From positions 1-64,000 of the forward strand of contig MU057378.1 of assembly GCA_013265495.1 (NCBI GenBank): a DNA stretch of 64,000 bases, written 5' to 3'. The translations under genes and the position numbers were made by a program. Positions 38,721 through 51,303 of this stretch are shown here, piece after piece. The notes beneath the pieces were generated by a model. That model did not search any database. It was not told where the DNA came from and saw nothing but the letters and a program-made list of their open reading frames with translations. Source of the stretch: Vicugna vicugna. Lineage: Eukaryota. Positions within the stretch are counted from its first letter, which is position 1. Each line of letters opens with the position of its first letter.

Positions 38721-39034
38721 CATTTCAATCCATAGAGCATGATAAATGATTCGCTCATCCAACTAGTGTGTCTTAGTCTGGACGGAGGGTCTCCTGGCGG
38801 TCCAGCAGCTCCCGCTGAGGACTGCACCCCTCAAGGGGCCGCTGGAAACTGGGATGCAGCCCCACTGAATGGAGAGGAATAACCACTGAGTGGCCTTACA
38901 CTGTTCTCCCACAGACTCCTAACCAGAAAAGAGAAACAAGGTTGACAGAATCAAACAGAAGAAGAATGAAGAAGGAAAAAAAAAAGTAAAATTTCAGGGG
39001 ACAGGTCATTATAGATTTTAAAAAGCAGAATAGC

Positions 39035-39168
39035 GGGGAGGGTATAGCTCAGTGGTAAAGTTCGTGCTTAGCACGCAGGAGGTCCTGGGTTCAATCCCCA
39101 GCACCTCCATTAAAACAAACAAGTAAACCTAATTCCATCCCTAAATAAATAAATAGGAAAAAATTTAC
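39035..39168 (+). mobile_element. tRNA-derived SINE
   Basis: Canonical head, with TSD aaagcagaata (39022-39032, 39169-39179). Confidence 0.92.
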
Positions 39169-40136
39169 AAAGCAGAATAAAACTGACTTACTGAACATGT
39201 TTCAAATTTTATCACACACATACCAACGCAGTACATTGGACCAGGTTAGATGACAAATTGGTTTACCAAATCATGAACCAGAACACATGAAACACAGGCT
39301 TTAATGCTGGCTTTAAACATTTGGGGGGGGGGTAAGAAAAAAACCCTAGGTGGTAGTTTATTAAGTTAGCAAATTCTGGTAGCTTTTCCTGATATAAACT
39401 AGAAAGTAACACGGTGCTAATTATCGGGAGACAGAGTTAATGCGTGGACTGATCAGTAATACGTATAAAATGAGGTTTCCACTACCAAGAAGACAGGTGT
39501 CTGCTTGATGGAGAGGCAAAGTTAGACGGTACAACCGCCAGTAATTTCACAGTCTGTGATTCTTCATAAAACTTTTAAAGATCAATTGTGTCCTATCAAT
39601 GTCAGGCCCAAGCCAAACTAAGTGATTTATGTACGAATCCCCTCACAGATGAAGTAATTGTTGAGTGAGCAACTTATCTTTATTAAATATGAATTCAAGA
39701 GATTAGAAACTGGGAAGCAATTTACACTCAGGACTTTCTCTACGCTTTTTAATTCACCTCCGCTTTCTGTTTTAAAAATATACCCTTTAAATAATGAGAG
39801 GACAAGAGAGATTGCTTTTATTTTAGCATGAAATTAAACACGGTAGTTTAATGCGGTGATTCAGCTGTGTCCATAAAATTTAGATGATATTGCATTTAAT
39901 CCAGGTTTTCAAAGTAAGAGCTTTCAGTGGCACTGCATGGCAATACAAACTCCAGTCCCCAGGAGCTGGCTTCATTTACAGGTTATGCAAACATGCCCGC
40001 AGTGTCCACTACAACCCTGAAGACAGAGTGTTAGGCACAGATGAGCAAAGTGCATTCTCTGATCTCAAGGAGCTCACGGTCTAATGGTGGGAGGAAACTT
40101 CACATCAACACATCGTCATAAAAACAGGATGGAAAG

Positions 40137-40230
40137 GAGGGAGGGTATAGCTGAATGGTAGAGTTCCTGCTAAGCATGCATGAGGTCCTGGGTTCAATCC
40201 CCAGTCCCTCCATTAAAAAAATAAATGAAT
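40137..40230 (+). mobile_element. tRNA-derived SINE
   Basis: gggagggtatagctgaatggtagag...ggttcaatccccagt. Degenerate TSD ataaaa..gga(t/c)ggaaag. Confidence 0.88.
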
Positions 40231-40369
40231 ATAAAATGGGACGGAAAGATAGAGTGGCAGAAATGTGCAATTGACAGGCACATAACCCAAGGGTAACGAG
40301 GAAACACCGCGGGCCACCCGCTTGCTGTCCGCCGGTGCTCAGGAGCGCTTGCTGCGAGCATTGGTGACT

Positions 40370-40422
40370 GAGGACCGCGTGCACACTGAGCATGCGCTCT
40401 GCTGCTGCGCTACACCCTCCCC
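40370..40422 (-). mobile_element. SINE 5' half
   Basis: Reverse complement reads ggggagggtgtagcgcagcagcagagcgcatgctcagtgtgcacgcggtcct. No B box or tail. Confidence 0.75.
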
Positions 40423-41786
40423 GCCCTCCCTTTTGTTTCAACGTTACCCTTTTTGATAGATCCAATCCACTAAAACAGTCAATGTTTGGAGTCAGTTGAA
40501 CACTTTGCCCAATTTTTATTGCTCTTTTTTTTTTATAACTGTATCCTGAGAGGGTCTATATTTAAATGTTCGGTCAAGGAGAATCCTAGGTCTTCTTTTG
40601 CTCTGCTTCTTAACAATCTTAGATTAAACCCTGCTAAAGAAAAACCCCTTTGAAATCATATTAAATCTCCAGAAGAATCGGGGAAAGGGCCACACGCAGC
40701 CTAACACACCAACAGCATTACTAAATTTTTTATCGGCCCCCAGCTCTCACGTTACCGTGAGCCGTAAATGAGTTGAAGTATTTCTGCAAAGTCCACCCTG
40801 TGAGACAACCAGGTTACTCGGAATGATCTTTCGGAGCAGAATCAAGCAGTAATCACCTTCCCCGCCATCACCCTAGAACGCTTAGAACTTAAAGGAAAGC
40901 GTCACATAGTGACTGGATTCAACATCCTATAATGAAAAATAGCGATCATGGAATATACAACCAGCTTATGAATAAATGTATAAAGAGAATAAGTGAAATT
41001 AACACAAGACCCTCTTATTATTTATATTCCCAATAACCCAGGGAGGACGAAAAAGGAAATCACACCACTATTTAGTATTTTCTTCATTAAAGTGTAACGT
41101 ACAGCATTAAGAACAATTTAGGCATAGAATATAAAGCAATTATACTTTGCAAAACCTCAGAACGCTTTCAGCCCCCTCAGCCCCTCTACAGAAGATATGT
41201 GAGGCAAGCCGGACTGTCTAAACCTTTCAGGTGCAACTCATTCATCAGAATGTATTTTAAGAAAGAAAAGCCTAAAGATAGTTTTTAAAAAATGAATTCT
41301 CTGTACTGAAATGTAAGTCGCAAGTCAGTGTGCTCTCAGCAAGTCGAAGCTTACATTTCACAGTTGCATTTACATTCATTAAATCGATCAGCCGTGCAAT
41401 AATCCAGTCTTTTGCAAAAGCTGAAATGAGTTATTAAGGATCACGTAGAGATGGAGCCTTAGATATAAAACTAGGAAATTTCATTTTGCTTATTCAGCAC
41501 CCACCCAAAAAAAAAAAAGTGATCATCTCTTCTGTGCAGACATTGAACAGGTTCCTGGGGATACAAAATACCATGGCAAACAGGTTGTAAGGGAAATGTG
41601 GTCAAGTAATTGGGAGATGTGGAGACATCTTCACAGAAAAATCTAAGCCCTGAAGGTTGAAATTCATCATCAAAGATGGAAAGGAAGAAATGCCAGGCCC
41701 AGGGGCCCCACCGAGGCACCGAGGCATGGCAGGACAAGGAAGCGCGGGGGGAATTCTGTCTAGCTCATGCCACCAGGATGTGAGTA

Positions 41787-42308
41787 TGTTAGGCAGTTAG
41801 GTAAGTGGGGGCAGGTAAGGTGGAGGAGAGAGGGGATGGTCCAGAAGATGGCGGTATATCCGCCTTCAGCACAAAGGGGCCTCACCCCCTCTAAATGAGT
41901 GCCAGTAAGAAACCAGTTAGAACCTGAAGGCGACAAGGACTCAACTGGACATGACACAGAGCTCAATGTAATATAATTAGCATTCCAATTTAGCCCCCAC
42001 CATGGGTTTCTCTGTATGCATCATGGGTAAGGACATATGCAAAGGGGACAGGCATGACTCAGCACTCCAAGGGCAAGAGTCATCAATCCATCAAGAGACC
42101 ACCTTTCAGTGAGAGTACAAGTGAGGGAACAAAGACCGTTGCTGTCCACCCGTGGATCAGCCCGCCTCCCCTTCTTGGAGGTGTCCTTTTGCTTTGTTAA
42201 TAAATTTAAAATCTTTCACTACACAATGCTTCCATCTCCCATTCTGAATTCTTCTCTCTCAGGCAAGACAAGAACCGAAGTTTTTTTCCCTTCCCTTTTG
42301 GAGCAACA
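41787..42308 (+). mobile_element. Solo ERV1-like LTR
   Basis: tgttagg...gcaaca termini, aagatggcgg, aataaa and ctgaattcttctctc. 4-bp flanks agta/agga. Confidence 0.7.
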
Positions 42309-43788
42309 AGGACATCAGTGAAAATGGCAGGAGATGGGACAGCTGTCAAGACCACACAGCGGGGATACCACAGGCTACACTGGAAGTAAGTGGCAGAACC
42401 AGGTGCAGAAAGACGCAGATAGAAGGAGAGTCTGCAGCCTTGTGATAATCTGGAGGCACAGACACAACGAAGAAGCTGGCCCACCTGTGCAGGCGGGAAC
42501 TGCTGGGGGAAAGCGAGAGAAGGAAACGGACCTTAGAGCCTCAACAGAGGCAGAGTAATCAGGAACTGGCAACTGAAAGGATACGGACAGGGTGGCAGAC
42601 TCACTGACATGCGGGCTTGGGATAATGCTATTTAATAGAGAAAGGGGACCCAGAAGAGCAGGTTTACAGGGAGAGATAATGAAGTCAGTAACTTTCCATG
42701 GTGGGTAGGCAGCGCCTACAAGTCTTCTGAGCAGAGATGCTCAGTGCACGATTCAGGGCTGGGACAGCAGAGGGGAGGAGCTGGATGTAAGTGATCGTCA
42801 AATTTGCAAGATGCGAAGGTGTTTGAGACCACTGTCTTTGCTTCCTTCTCCTTGTCCCTGGTGCCTTGCACACTGTCTGGCATAGAGTAGGCACTCGATG
42901 AACTTTTACTATTTAATTATACTTCTGAAGGAATGAGCATAAAAGGAAAAGATGAGGCTTTAAAAATAGAACCTTATACGTATAGTTTGGGGCACAACTA
43001 ATGTTTAAGGGCAGTCAAAATTACAGATTCCAAACACAAAAATAAGAAAATATCAGAGAAAAGGGAGAAACCCAGGAAAGAGAGATGCCTTAGAGGCCAA
43101 GAGAAAACACAGTAGTGTGTGGAGAACAAAATGAGAGAGTCCCAGTGCCAGTAGCGAATTACAAAGAAGGAAGCTAACACTGAAATGCAAATTAATTCAT
43201 TTCTGGAGCATATTTAACCAATGTGGGCAGATCATCGGCTAGGAGCTAGCTTTAGGGAAGCAGAATTTTAATCCAGTAATTACTTAACATTCATATGTGC
43301 AAATTCCTCAAGAATATTCTTTATATTTAGTACTAATTACGCAAAGACAGTTTCACTTAATCTCATTTAGCTAATACGGTACATGGGACCGAGAAACATG
43401 TAACTTGCTGGAGTTTCCACAAAATTGAAAATGCTGCTGTTCAACTATTTGTGTCACATTCACTCATTACACCATTTTTCAGTGACAAGAGTCTTTGGTC
43501 CTAAGCTCTTTGCGGAAGCCTGTCAGAGAAGCAGTCTGCTCCCTCTCACCGGAGGTTCCCCGAGGCTTTCCCACCACCTCCTCCTCTGCGGCTGCCTTGG
43601 GGTTCTTTCTTCTCGCATCTACTTTTCCTACGTGAAAGTACTGCTCCAAATGCAGTGTCTTTGGCCAGACACTAAATGTAATCAAATAAGTATCTAGAGA
43701 AAGAAGGAGACACTTAGCAGACATCTACAAGGAATTTTAGCTCCAAGAATCACAGAAACCATGGTTTGAACATCGTTGTTTTTTTTTT

Positions 43789-43864
43789 NNNNNNNNNNNN
43801 NNNNNNNNNNNNNNNNNNNNNNNNNNNNNNNNNNNNNNNNNNNNNNNNNNNNNNNNNNNNNNNN
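43789..43864. other. Assembly gap
   Basis: Run of N after poly-T. Confidence 1.
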
Positions 43865-44529
43865 TCCCCCCAAAAAATCTTTAACGATCATTTAGTCCCA
43901 GAGCTCTCAAGTCTTACTGCTTATCAGAATCACCTGGGGAATTATTTATAAATCAGGGCTTCTCAATGTTTTCCTACAACACTTGCATCAGACCCTAACT
44001 AAGTGCCAAAGGGACTGCTGTGGTACCTGGCCTCAGGGCACCGGCCTCCTGAGGGCCGAAGGGGCTGGTCGATATCTCAGACCACACCGGTAGCCCTGTG
44101 CCGTGAAGGGTCAACTCCGCAGCTCGGGTTACTCACACACTGAGCATCGCAAAGAGAGGACTGGTCCTTGACGTGCGCCTACGTGGTATTTTTAGACAGG
44201 GACATGACAGTAGAGCAGAGTCATGAAGTTGCTGGGGTGATCTCTACCTGCCAGAACAGAAAGGAACCCCTTTATTAAAGCCTGTGAAGGGCAGGGTGGG
44301 ACCAAGGTTGGAGCTGGCTGGAGGAGCTTTCTCCCTGTAGACTGCCCAGTGAACTCACAGCAGGGCTGGAGCGAGTGGTTATACGGGGGGAATGTGATGG
44401 CTCCTGGTACACTCTGTGAACTGTGCTCTCATAATGGGTTTTTTTTTACTTGTTGTCAGAAATGTATGCTGCATTATATGATCAGAAGCCATATTATTAA
44501 AGTTTAGATGGAAGGGCTCAAAAAAGAAA

Positions 44530-44909
44530 GCTCTGAGCCCTTGGAATTACCTTCCTGGTAAGAGCGAGGTCTTGGACCACGCTGTATCACTCAGGCGCTG
44601 ATGCCTGACTGATGCCCTCCCCTCCCAGTTAAAACCCTGGACACCAAGGCGTGAGGGAGCTTACCTGACGACAGTGCTTTGCACATGTTGTCACATGTCA
44701 TTGCTGAGAGAATTTGGTACATCCCTGTCTAACTCCACTGAGCAGACAATGGCCCCTGGGTTCTCCTAGACTTTGCCCTTTACATCTTTCTCTTTTCTTG
44801 ATATTAATCTGTGTCCTTTCACAACAGACCTTAACCACAAGTAAGACAGCTTTCCTGAATCCTCTGGGTCCTAGTGATCGTGAGTGGTCTTGGGGGACCT
44901 CTAGTCACA
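44530..44909 (+). mobile_element. MER21-like LTR
   Basis: aaaaccctggacaccaaggc...catgttgtcacatgtcattgctgagagaatt...gtggtcttgggggacc. Confidence 0.75.
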
Positions 44910-45430
44910 GCAAACTCGGGTTTGGCAGCTCACCATTTGAAAGCCAATACTCTGGAGACAAGTATGGGTCAGAAAGGAAAGGTCACTTTATTCAGAAGGA
45001 CTGCAACCTGGGGAGGAGGCAAACTCATGTCCAAAAGCCAACTCCAAGGATTCTGCTCAACCATGAGTTTTTAAAGGGAAAAGGGGGAAACCAGCTTTGT
45101 GCAGTGGCAGTACCGTAGCCAGTGAGGTTTATCCAAGGCGTGACTACTGCTAATTGAGAACTTTTCCCAATACCCCTCCATGACAACTTGAAATATAGTT
45201 GGCGTTAAAAAAAGAAGAAGAAGAAGAAGAAAAGAGGGAGACCGTCTCAGTAATCTTTAGGGTGGGGGTTAGATTCTTCATCACGTTCCATTGCCTGCAG
45301 ACTTACTGACTCCTGTGATTTTTCTCTAGACGTTATCTTGCCCACGTGGTCCACCTGCAAAATGGCTAAAGAGAAAGCTGGGGGAACAGATCTAGTCATC
45401 CATTAACCACTTACTCTTGTTTCTACTAAA
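44910..45430 (-). mobile_element. LTR (ERV-like) carrying the U4 retrocopy
   Basis: Reversed U5/R-like start (gaaaggaaaggtcactttattcag). Interrupted at 45093-45243. Limits are approximate. Confidence 0.6.
45093..45206 (+). pseudogene. RNU4: U4 snRNA retropseudogene, 3'-truncated
   Basis: agctttgtgcagtggcagtaccgtagccagtgaggtttatccaaggcgtg...gaacttttcccaatacccc...acttgaaatatagttggcgtt matches U4 from nt 1 to about nt 114. A/GAA tail and 15-bp TSD follow. Confidence 0.95.
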
Positions 45431-45774
45431 GGTTCGGGTTTAAAGTATAGCGAGGCTCCAAGGCCAAGGGGCTGCCTCCACTCCTACAAGCTCATTCATG
45501 ACACACTGTTCAACACCATCAGGAAGCTCTGACCTGCATTATGAGGCTCTCCCAAAGCTCAGCACACCACAGTGTCCATCCACAAGTCTTTGTGTTTTAC
45601 ACAATCTCTGGGTCCATCTGAAACAGCCAGTAAGCCACTAGTTTTAAAACAGGCTTTTAGACAAATGCGTAATTTCATGTAGCCACCACTATAGCATCAG
45701 ACAGCATAACTTCATTGCCCTAAAAATCCCTTGTGCTCCATCTATTCATTCCTCCCTCCCTCCCTCTCCCCAAA

Positions 45775-46040
45775 CATGTCATTATGCATTTGTCAAAACC
45801 CATAGAATGTACAACATCAAGAGTGAACCCTAATGTAAACTATGGACTTTGGCTGATAATTATGTGTCCATGTTGATTCACCGATTGTACCAAATATGCC
45901 ACACTGATATGAGGGTAGAATATGTGTGTGGGTGGGGAGGGCTGTGTGCGAACTCTGTATTTTCTGCTCAATTCTGCTGTAAATCTGAAACTGCTCTAAA
46001 AAAATAAAGTCTACTAATAAAAATAAACAAACAAACAAAC
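45775..46040 (+). mobile_element. Old L1MC-like 3' end
   Basis: catgtcattatgcatttgtcaaaacccatagaatgtacaac...gtgaaccctaatgtaaactatggactttgg...aataaagtcta. Confidence 0.85.
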
Positions 46041-46793
46041 CAGACTTCTAGGAGCTTCTGATCTAGCCAACCAGCCGTGTGTTGCTTAAAATAACCTTTT
46101 AAAAAATCCCTTTTATTTGATTTGTAAATTTCTAGAGATCGGAAATTCACAAGCTCCCAAGACAGCCCTCTTCAGTATTTACGCGATTCACACTGTTGGA
46201 AAACTTTTTCCTTCTGTATGTAAAATATCTCCACATGTCTTCTGGGCTTTGCTCTTAGTTATAAACACTTGAGGCCATTCAGAGTAAGTCTCACGTGCCT
46301 TCCACATAACAATCCAAACACTGCAGTGTTCTTGTTCCTGCCCAGTCTTCTCTTGTCTTATCACGTGGAGTCACTTCAGTAGATCTCAATCAGGCTGATG
46401 GAAAAGGAGGTCTCCAGCCATCATCTGCATCAAGACCCTCGGGACAGTAACCACAGTAAGCATGAGGGTAGAATATAGCTATGGGTCTGGGAGAGAAGTC
46501 ACAATTTTTAAGTAATACAATCTTTATTCTAATGCTTTATTTTTATGATTGTAAGATTGTATCAAACAAAGAAAAACCAGTTTCACAAGAAGAAACCCTC
46601 GCCATATATCCATTCAATGTGTACAGACCCCAATATCACAGAAATGTACCAATTTAAAGAAAGATAAATGATGTTATTGTTCACTTGGGTTGTGCAGAAG
46701 CCAAGAGTCCATTAAAAATAGAATAAACCCTGGCAAATATCAGACAGGTGGATGAAGGAGAGGGTATATTTCCAAGGAAGAAGAAATGACTTT

Positions 46794-46926
46794 TCTTTTC
46801 TTTTTGGAGGAGGGGGTAAACTAAGTTTATTTATTTGTTTATTTTTTGAGTGGCAGTACTGGGGATTGAACCTAGAACCTCATGGATGCTAAGCACACAC
46901 TCTACCACTGAGCTATACCCTTCCCC
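46794..46926 (-). mobile_element. tRNA-derived SINE
   Basis: gtactggggattgaacc...ctctaccactgagctatacccttcccc. TSD agaaatgacttt (46782-46793, 46928-46939). Confidence 0.92.
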
Positions 46927-48439
46927 TAGAAATGACTTTCTGAACTTGTGAACTTTGGAGAAAGCGCTAAGCCAGCATGGTACAGCACCTCGGGGCTCTC
47001 TTTCCTAGCTGCCTGCCTGCAGACAAGGAGCATCTTGTCTGCCCTCTGCTATTCGTGAGACCCTGTCCCTGTGGAGTGTGGCCTGTGGTTGTCCAGCTCT
47101 TCCCGTAAACGGCAGCTAATTCTGCCTACGTCAGCGGCACAGTACTGAAATGCATTGTGCGACCACACATCCCTCACATCCTCCGACTGACTTTCCATCA
47201 GTAATAAAGCTCTTATTCTCCCCAAGGGTCCCGCTCCTATTTTTCTCTCCTCACATATTTGAGTTTGAAAGGGTAAAAAAAAAGAGTTACTTGGTGGCCC
47301 CCTTTCCAAGACTGTGAGTGCAACACACAAGTATAAACTGATTCTCCGAAGTCCAACCCAGATCCAACCCCAGCTTCTCAAAGCGGTCCTGACCCTCTAG
47401 ACTAGACAGAAGTAACTTTTCCTCTGTTACGTGTTTGGAACCTTCAGTTCACTCCGCGATCAAGCTTCTTTCCAATCGTATACATTATTCCTCCCACGTG
47501 ACTCTGATCTCGGGGTCTGTGTTGTTACTCCTCCTTTCTGCCCCTCGGCTGCTTCCTGAGCGCCATCCATACTTGTGGATGGCCGAGAAACCCATCCAAG
47601 CCTCTCAGACGTCCAGGACAGAAATGCTTTGTGAGTCATGTGACTCTCACAGTCTACAAATAACCAACCTCTCCTCTTTTCCAATTTGATCCATGGCAAG
47701 AGACGAAGCTTACTGCTGTGACTTCTGCCTCTCAGCCAGGCTGTCCCTACTGTAGTCAGGCACCAGTGTGTCCTTGAAACACTTCTTTTGTTCATTTTGC
47801 AGACCGTTACAGTCCTCCAAAGTCACCACATACCGCGGGCCCTGGCATCCTGGTTTCATTCATTCTCATTGCACTATTGGTCAAGCGTCATCGAATTGGG
47901 AGAAGCCTGGCATAAATGCCTACGGAAGGTCTCAGTTTCCAAACCTCTTGACTAAAGATCATTTGGTGTGAAATAAAGCAAGCAGGTGTGGCAATGACTC
48001 TTTTCTAAAAGGAGATCCAAATGTCACACTGATGCCATAAATAGAGCAAATTTTGCTTTGGTGACCTTTGCATTCTTTAAAGGCTGAGCTCTCTTCTCTG
48101 CTATAAAACCTGACAGAAAATTGCCTCTTGAAGCCAGCTATAAAAACCAAATGTTTCAGTGCAGTGGGGAGCCTTGGAGGGAGGTGTTAAATAACTCCAA
48201 CTTTCTTATTCCTCCTAATATGTTCCTAATATTCTTCTTTTGTTCAAGGAGGGCATTTGGGCTTAGAACCTTCCAGCTGAGCTGGAAAGGCATCCGGATA
48301 CGGTGTATAATTTAGGACACTCAACAGAGCTGACAAGCACTAATGGAGACGGGGTTAAACAAGTTGATGGGGTCAGAAACGTCAGGACATAGATGCAAAG
48401 GAGACATTCAAGGTCACTCGGCAGGTTGAGGACGATACA

Positions 48440-49700
48440 GGAACACAGTCCACCGGCCGCCAAGAAGCCGGAATAATCGGAGGCCTGGGTGGGAGAGGAC
48501 GAAGTCTCTCCCTGGGGCTCAGAGCCTGGAACCGAAAAGAAAACCATCAGGAGTGCCCCTCTCACCTTCACCCTTAGCTAGTTAAAGCCAGCCGGAAATA
48601 CCAACACCAGCATTCACACAGCAGCGCTCCTCCGACGTTTGCTGTCAACAGAAATCGTGCTGAAATTCAGATTCGGATTCTGTGGGTCAGCGACGGGGCC
48701 TAGGAAGCGGCATTTGTAGCACGTGCGTGCTGGGGGCTCGAACAGCACCCCGAGCCAGATCCCCCCTGCGCGCCTCACCCGTGCTCACTCCTGAAGCCCC
48801 CTGGCGGGCGGCGGCGGCGGCGTCATCTTGCTCATCCCAGAGGGCGCGGAGGGGTTACAAACGTGCGCTATTCTCATCACTCTCGAACCGCAGAGCGCGA
48901 TTTCAACCCGGGCAGCCTGATCCCAGCGCCGGTGCTGGAGCAACGGCCAGGCTGCCCCGCTCGCCCAGGGCCAGCCCGGGTACCTACTGCGCCACTGCCC
49001 TCTGCGGACACACCCAGTGCTGGGCGCACCCAGGCTGCCGCGGCCGAGCTGATCCCGGCCACCGTCCCTCCGGGGTCCAGCTGAATCCGACAGGACGAGA
49101 CAGTGGCTCTAGCCGCCACTCTGTGGAATGAGACACTCGATCTGCCGTGGATGGATCTGCAGTGGCCGCTGCAGCGGAGAGTTTGCGGGCATCTTCTTCC
49201 CCCTTTTATGTGCCGTGTCGTTCCTACCTGTATCTGTCCCTGAGAACTGAAGCCCACAGCAGACCAGCGCAACGAACAATGCTCATGCTCTGGCTCTCAT
49301 CTTTGCCCCCACAAGGGAATCTGGCTCCATCGTCTCCTCAAGACTTTGTATCTCATCCGCCTTTGTGTTTTCAAAAGTCTTGTTTGTCTTTGCGCGGCAG
49401 AAAAACGCTGGCATCTCCGTGGATGAAAACAGCAGTAACAGTCCTGATGTGAAAGGGCCTCTGGGCCTGCTGCCCGGCCGCTCCAGGCAGCTAAAGATTT
49501 GAATTCTACTGAGTCACAATCCTCTGGGTCAGAGGCGCGGCAGGGATGGGGAGGGAGCCAGGCTTGCCCGGCAGGTCCCCGCAGCGCTCAGCCTCACCTG
49601 GGCACCAGGGAGGCCCTGCGCACCCAGAGGGGCGGCCTTAGCCAGACGTGCGCAAGCGCAGGGGGAGCAGCGACCTTCCTGCCCATCACCCAGACAGGGA
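48440..49700. promoter_or_regulatory. CpG-island-like region
   Basis: Densest CpG/GC stretch in the window, including ggcgggcggcggcggcggcg (~48803). Not repeat-derived as far as I can tell. Confidence 0.6.
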
Positions 49701-50828
49701 GAATGCGAAATGAATAACACATTGCCTTATAAACAGGGAGGAAACAAAACTTGCTCTCCTGGCCCCCCACCTCCCGTGAGAATGCTTCCCTTCTTTAATA
49801 TTTATGGATTTTTTTTTCTGATAAATTTCCATCTTGGGTGCAAAGTTAAGAACATGCAAGAATAGGCAGGAAGTTTAAGGGTGGAAAATGCCATGTGACT
49901 TCAGTCAGTGTTCACCACGGGCAAATATGTAGTGTTGCCTTTTTCTGTGATGCGATCAATTGCAGGGAACGGAAAGCAACTTTCCCATAATGATATATAT
50001 TTTCAAAGACATGTTTGGATTTTTGAGGTCAACAAAAGTATTATGTGTGCATAAAGTCAGCCTGTGAAGTATATTATTACAAAGCTTAGAGAAAGTCCAA
50101 TTTACAGCTCTGCCAAATGTTGAGATAAAGTGTTTCTTACTTATTACAACCGATTCTTTCAGCGTAAGTGGATGTAAATATATATGTGCATGTTTGGATA
50201 ATACAAATATTTTCCAATTAGCTGAGGGATTGAAATGCAATAAAAAGTTTGCATGGTTTTCTTTTTAGATTTTCTTTTAATTTTAATTCATTAGGCAGAG
50301 TAGCAGGATAGCAAATATTTAACTCACAAATCAATTCAGAAGTGCAGAGGAAATGTAATGCCTCAGTTTGTCTGTAATTAATCAGCTCTCCTTTCAAGCT
50401 GGTTAGCAAGAAAAAACAACCCACATGTCCAATCAGTTGATTTGAGGTCTGATCCTATAGCTTAAATAGTACCTTTAAGTATTATTCAGTTTCTCTGGGT
50501 AAAACTGCTTCTCAGCTTTGAATTTGCCTACAGGTCCTCAAGGGTGAAAGGAGCTTGGGACCTCTTGACTTTGGGGCTAATTGTGGTCTTTGGATCCACA
50601 TGGAGTCTTTGCATCACATCTTACTCTGGTCCCTCTGGTATCAAGGACCATATCCCTTGTCTGACGGGATGGTTGGCCCTTCTGTCATTTCAAGCTGACT
50701 CTCTGGCAGATATAAGTTGCCATTTATTTTCTCCAGGTCAGGGCCCAGGAGTGCCCCTGGGTAATTCAGCCTCCCCTTGGTCAGCACTGGTCGGGTAGAC
50801 TCCTTTGAGGTGTCAACTGGATTTCCCA

Positions 50829-51303
50829 GGCATTATGCTGAGTCACAGAAAGACAAATACTGCATGAATCCACTGATATGAGGTTATCAAAAATAGTCAA
50901 ACTCAGAGAAGCAGAGAACACAATAGTGGTTGCCAGGGGTGGGGGAGTGGGGAAGTTGTTATTCAATAGGTAAGAAGTTTCAGTTGTGCAGGTTCAAAAG
51001 ATCTGGTCTACAACATGTTGCCTGTAGTTAACAGTACCGCATTGTACACTTACAGTTTGTTAAAAGAGTAGATCTCATATTAAGTGTTCTTACCACAAAA
51101 AAAGAAGGAGGAGAGGAAGAGGAAGAAGGAGAAGGAGAAAGCAAAGAGACACATGGAAACTTAAACTTCTGGAGGTGAGGACTGAATTTATTACCTTGAT
51201 TGCAGCATTGGTGTACACATATGTCCAAACTCATCAAATGGTATACATTAAATCATGCAGTTTTTGAATATCAATTCTCTCAATAAAAGTTTTTTAATTA
51301 AAA
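50829..51303 (+). mobile_element. Old L1MA/MB-like 3' end
   Basis: gtcacagaaagacaaatactgcatga...agagtagatctcatattaagtgttcttaccac...aataaa. Confidence 0.85.

Noticed and set aside
48992..49010. CTCF-like motif (also near 35795-35810)
   Set aside because: Both deviate from the core spacing by one base, so they cannot be supported without a PWM scan.
48682..49272. Overlapping 131-149-aa ORFs
   Set aside because: Arg/Ala/Pro/Gly-rich translations are expected from GC-rich DNA with few stop codons. No recognisable protein.
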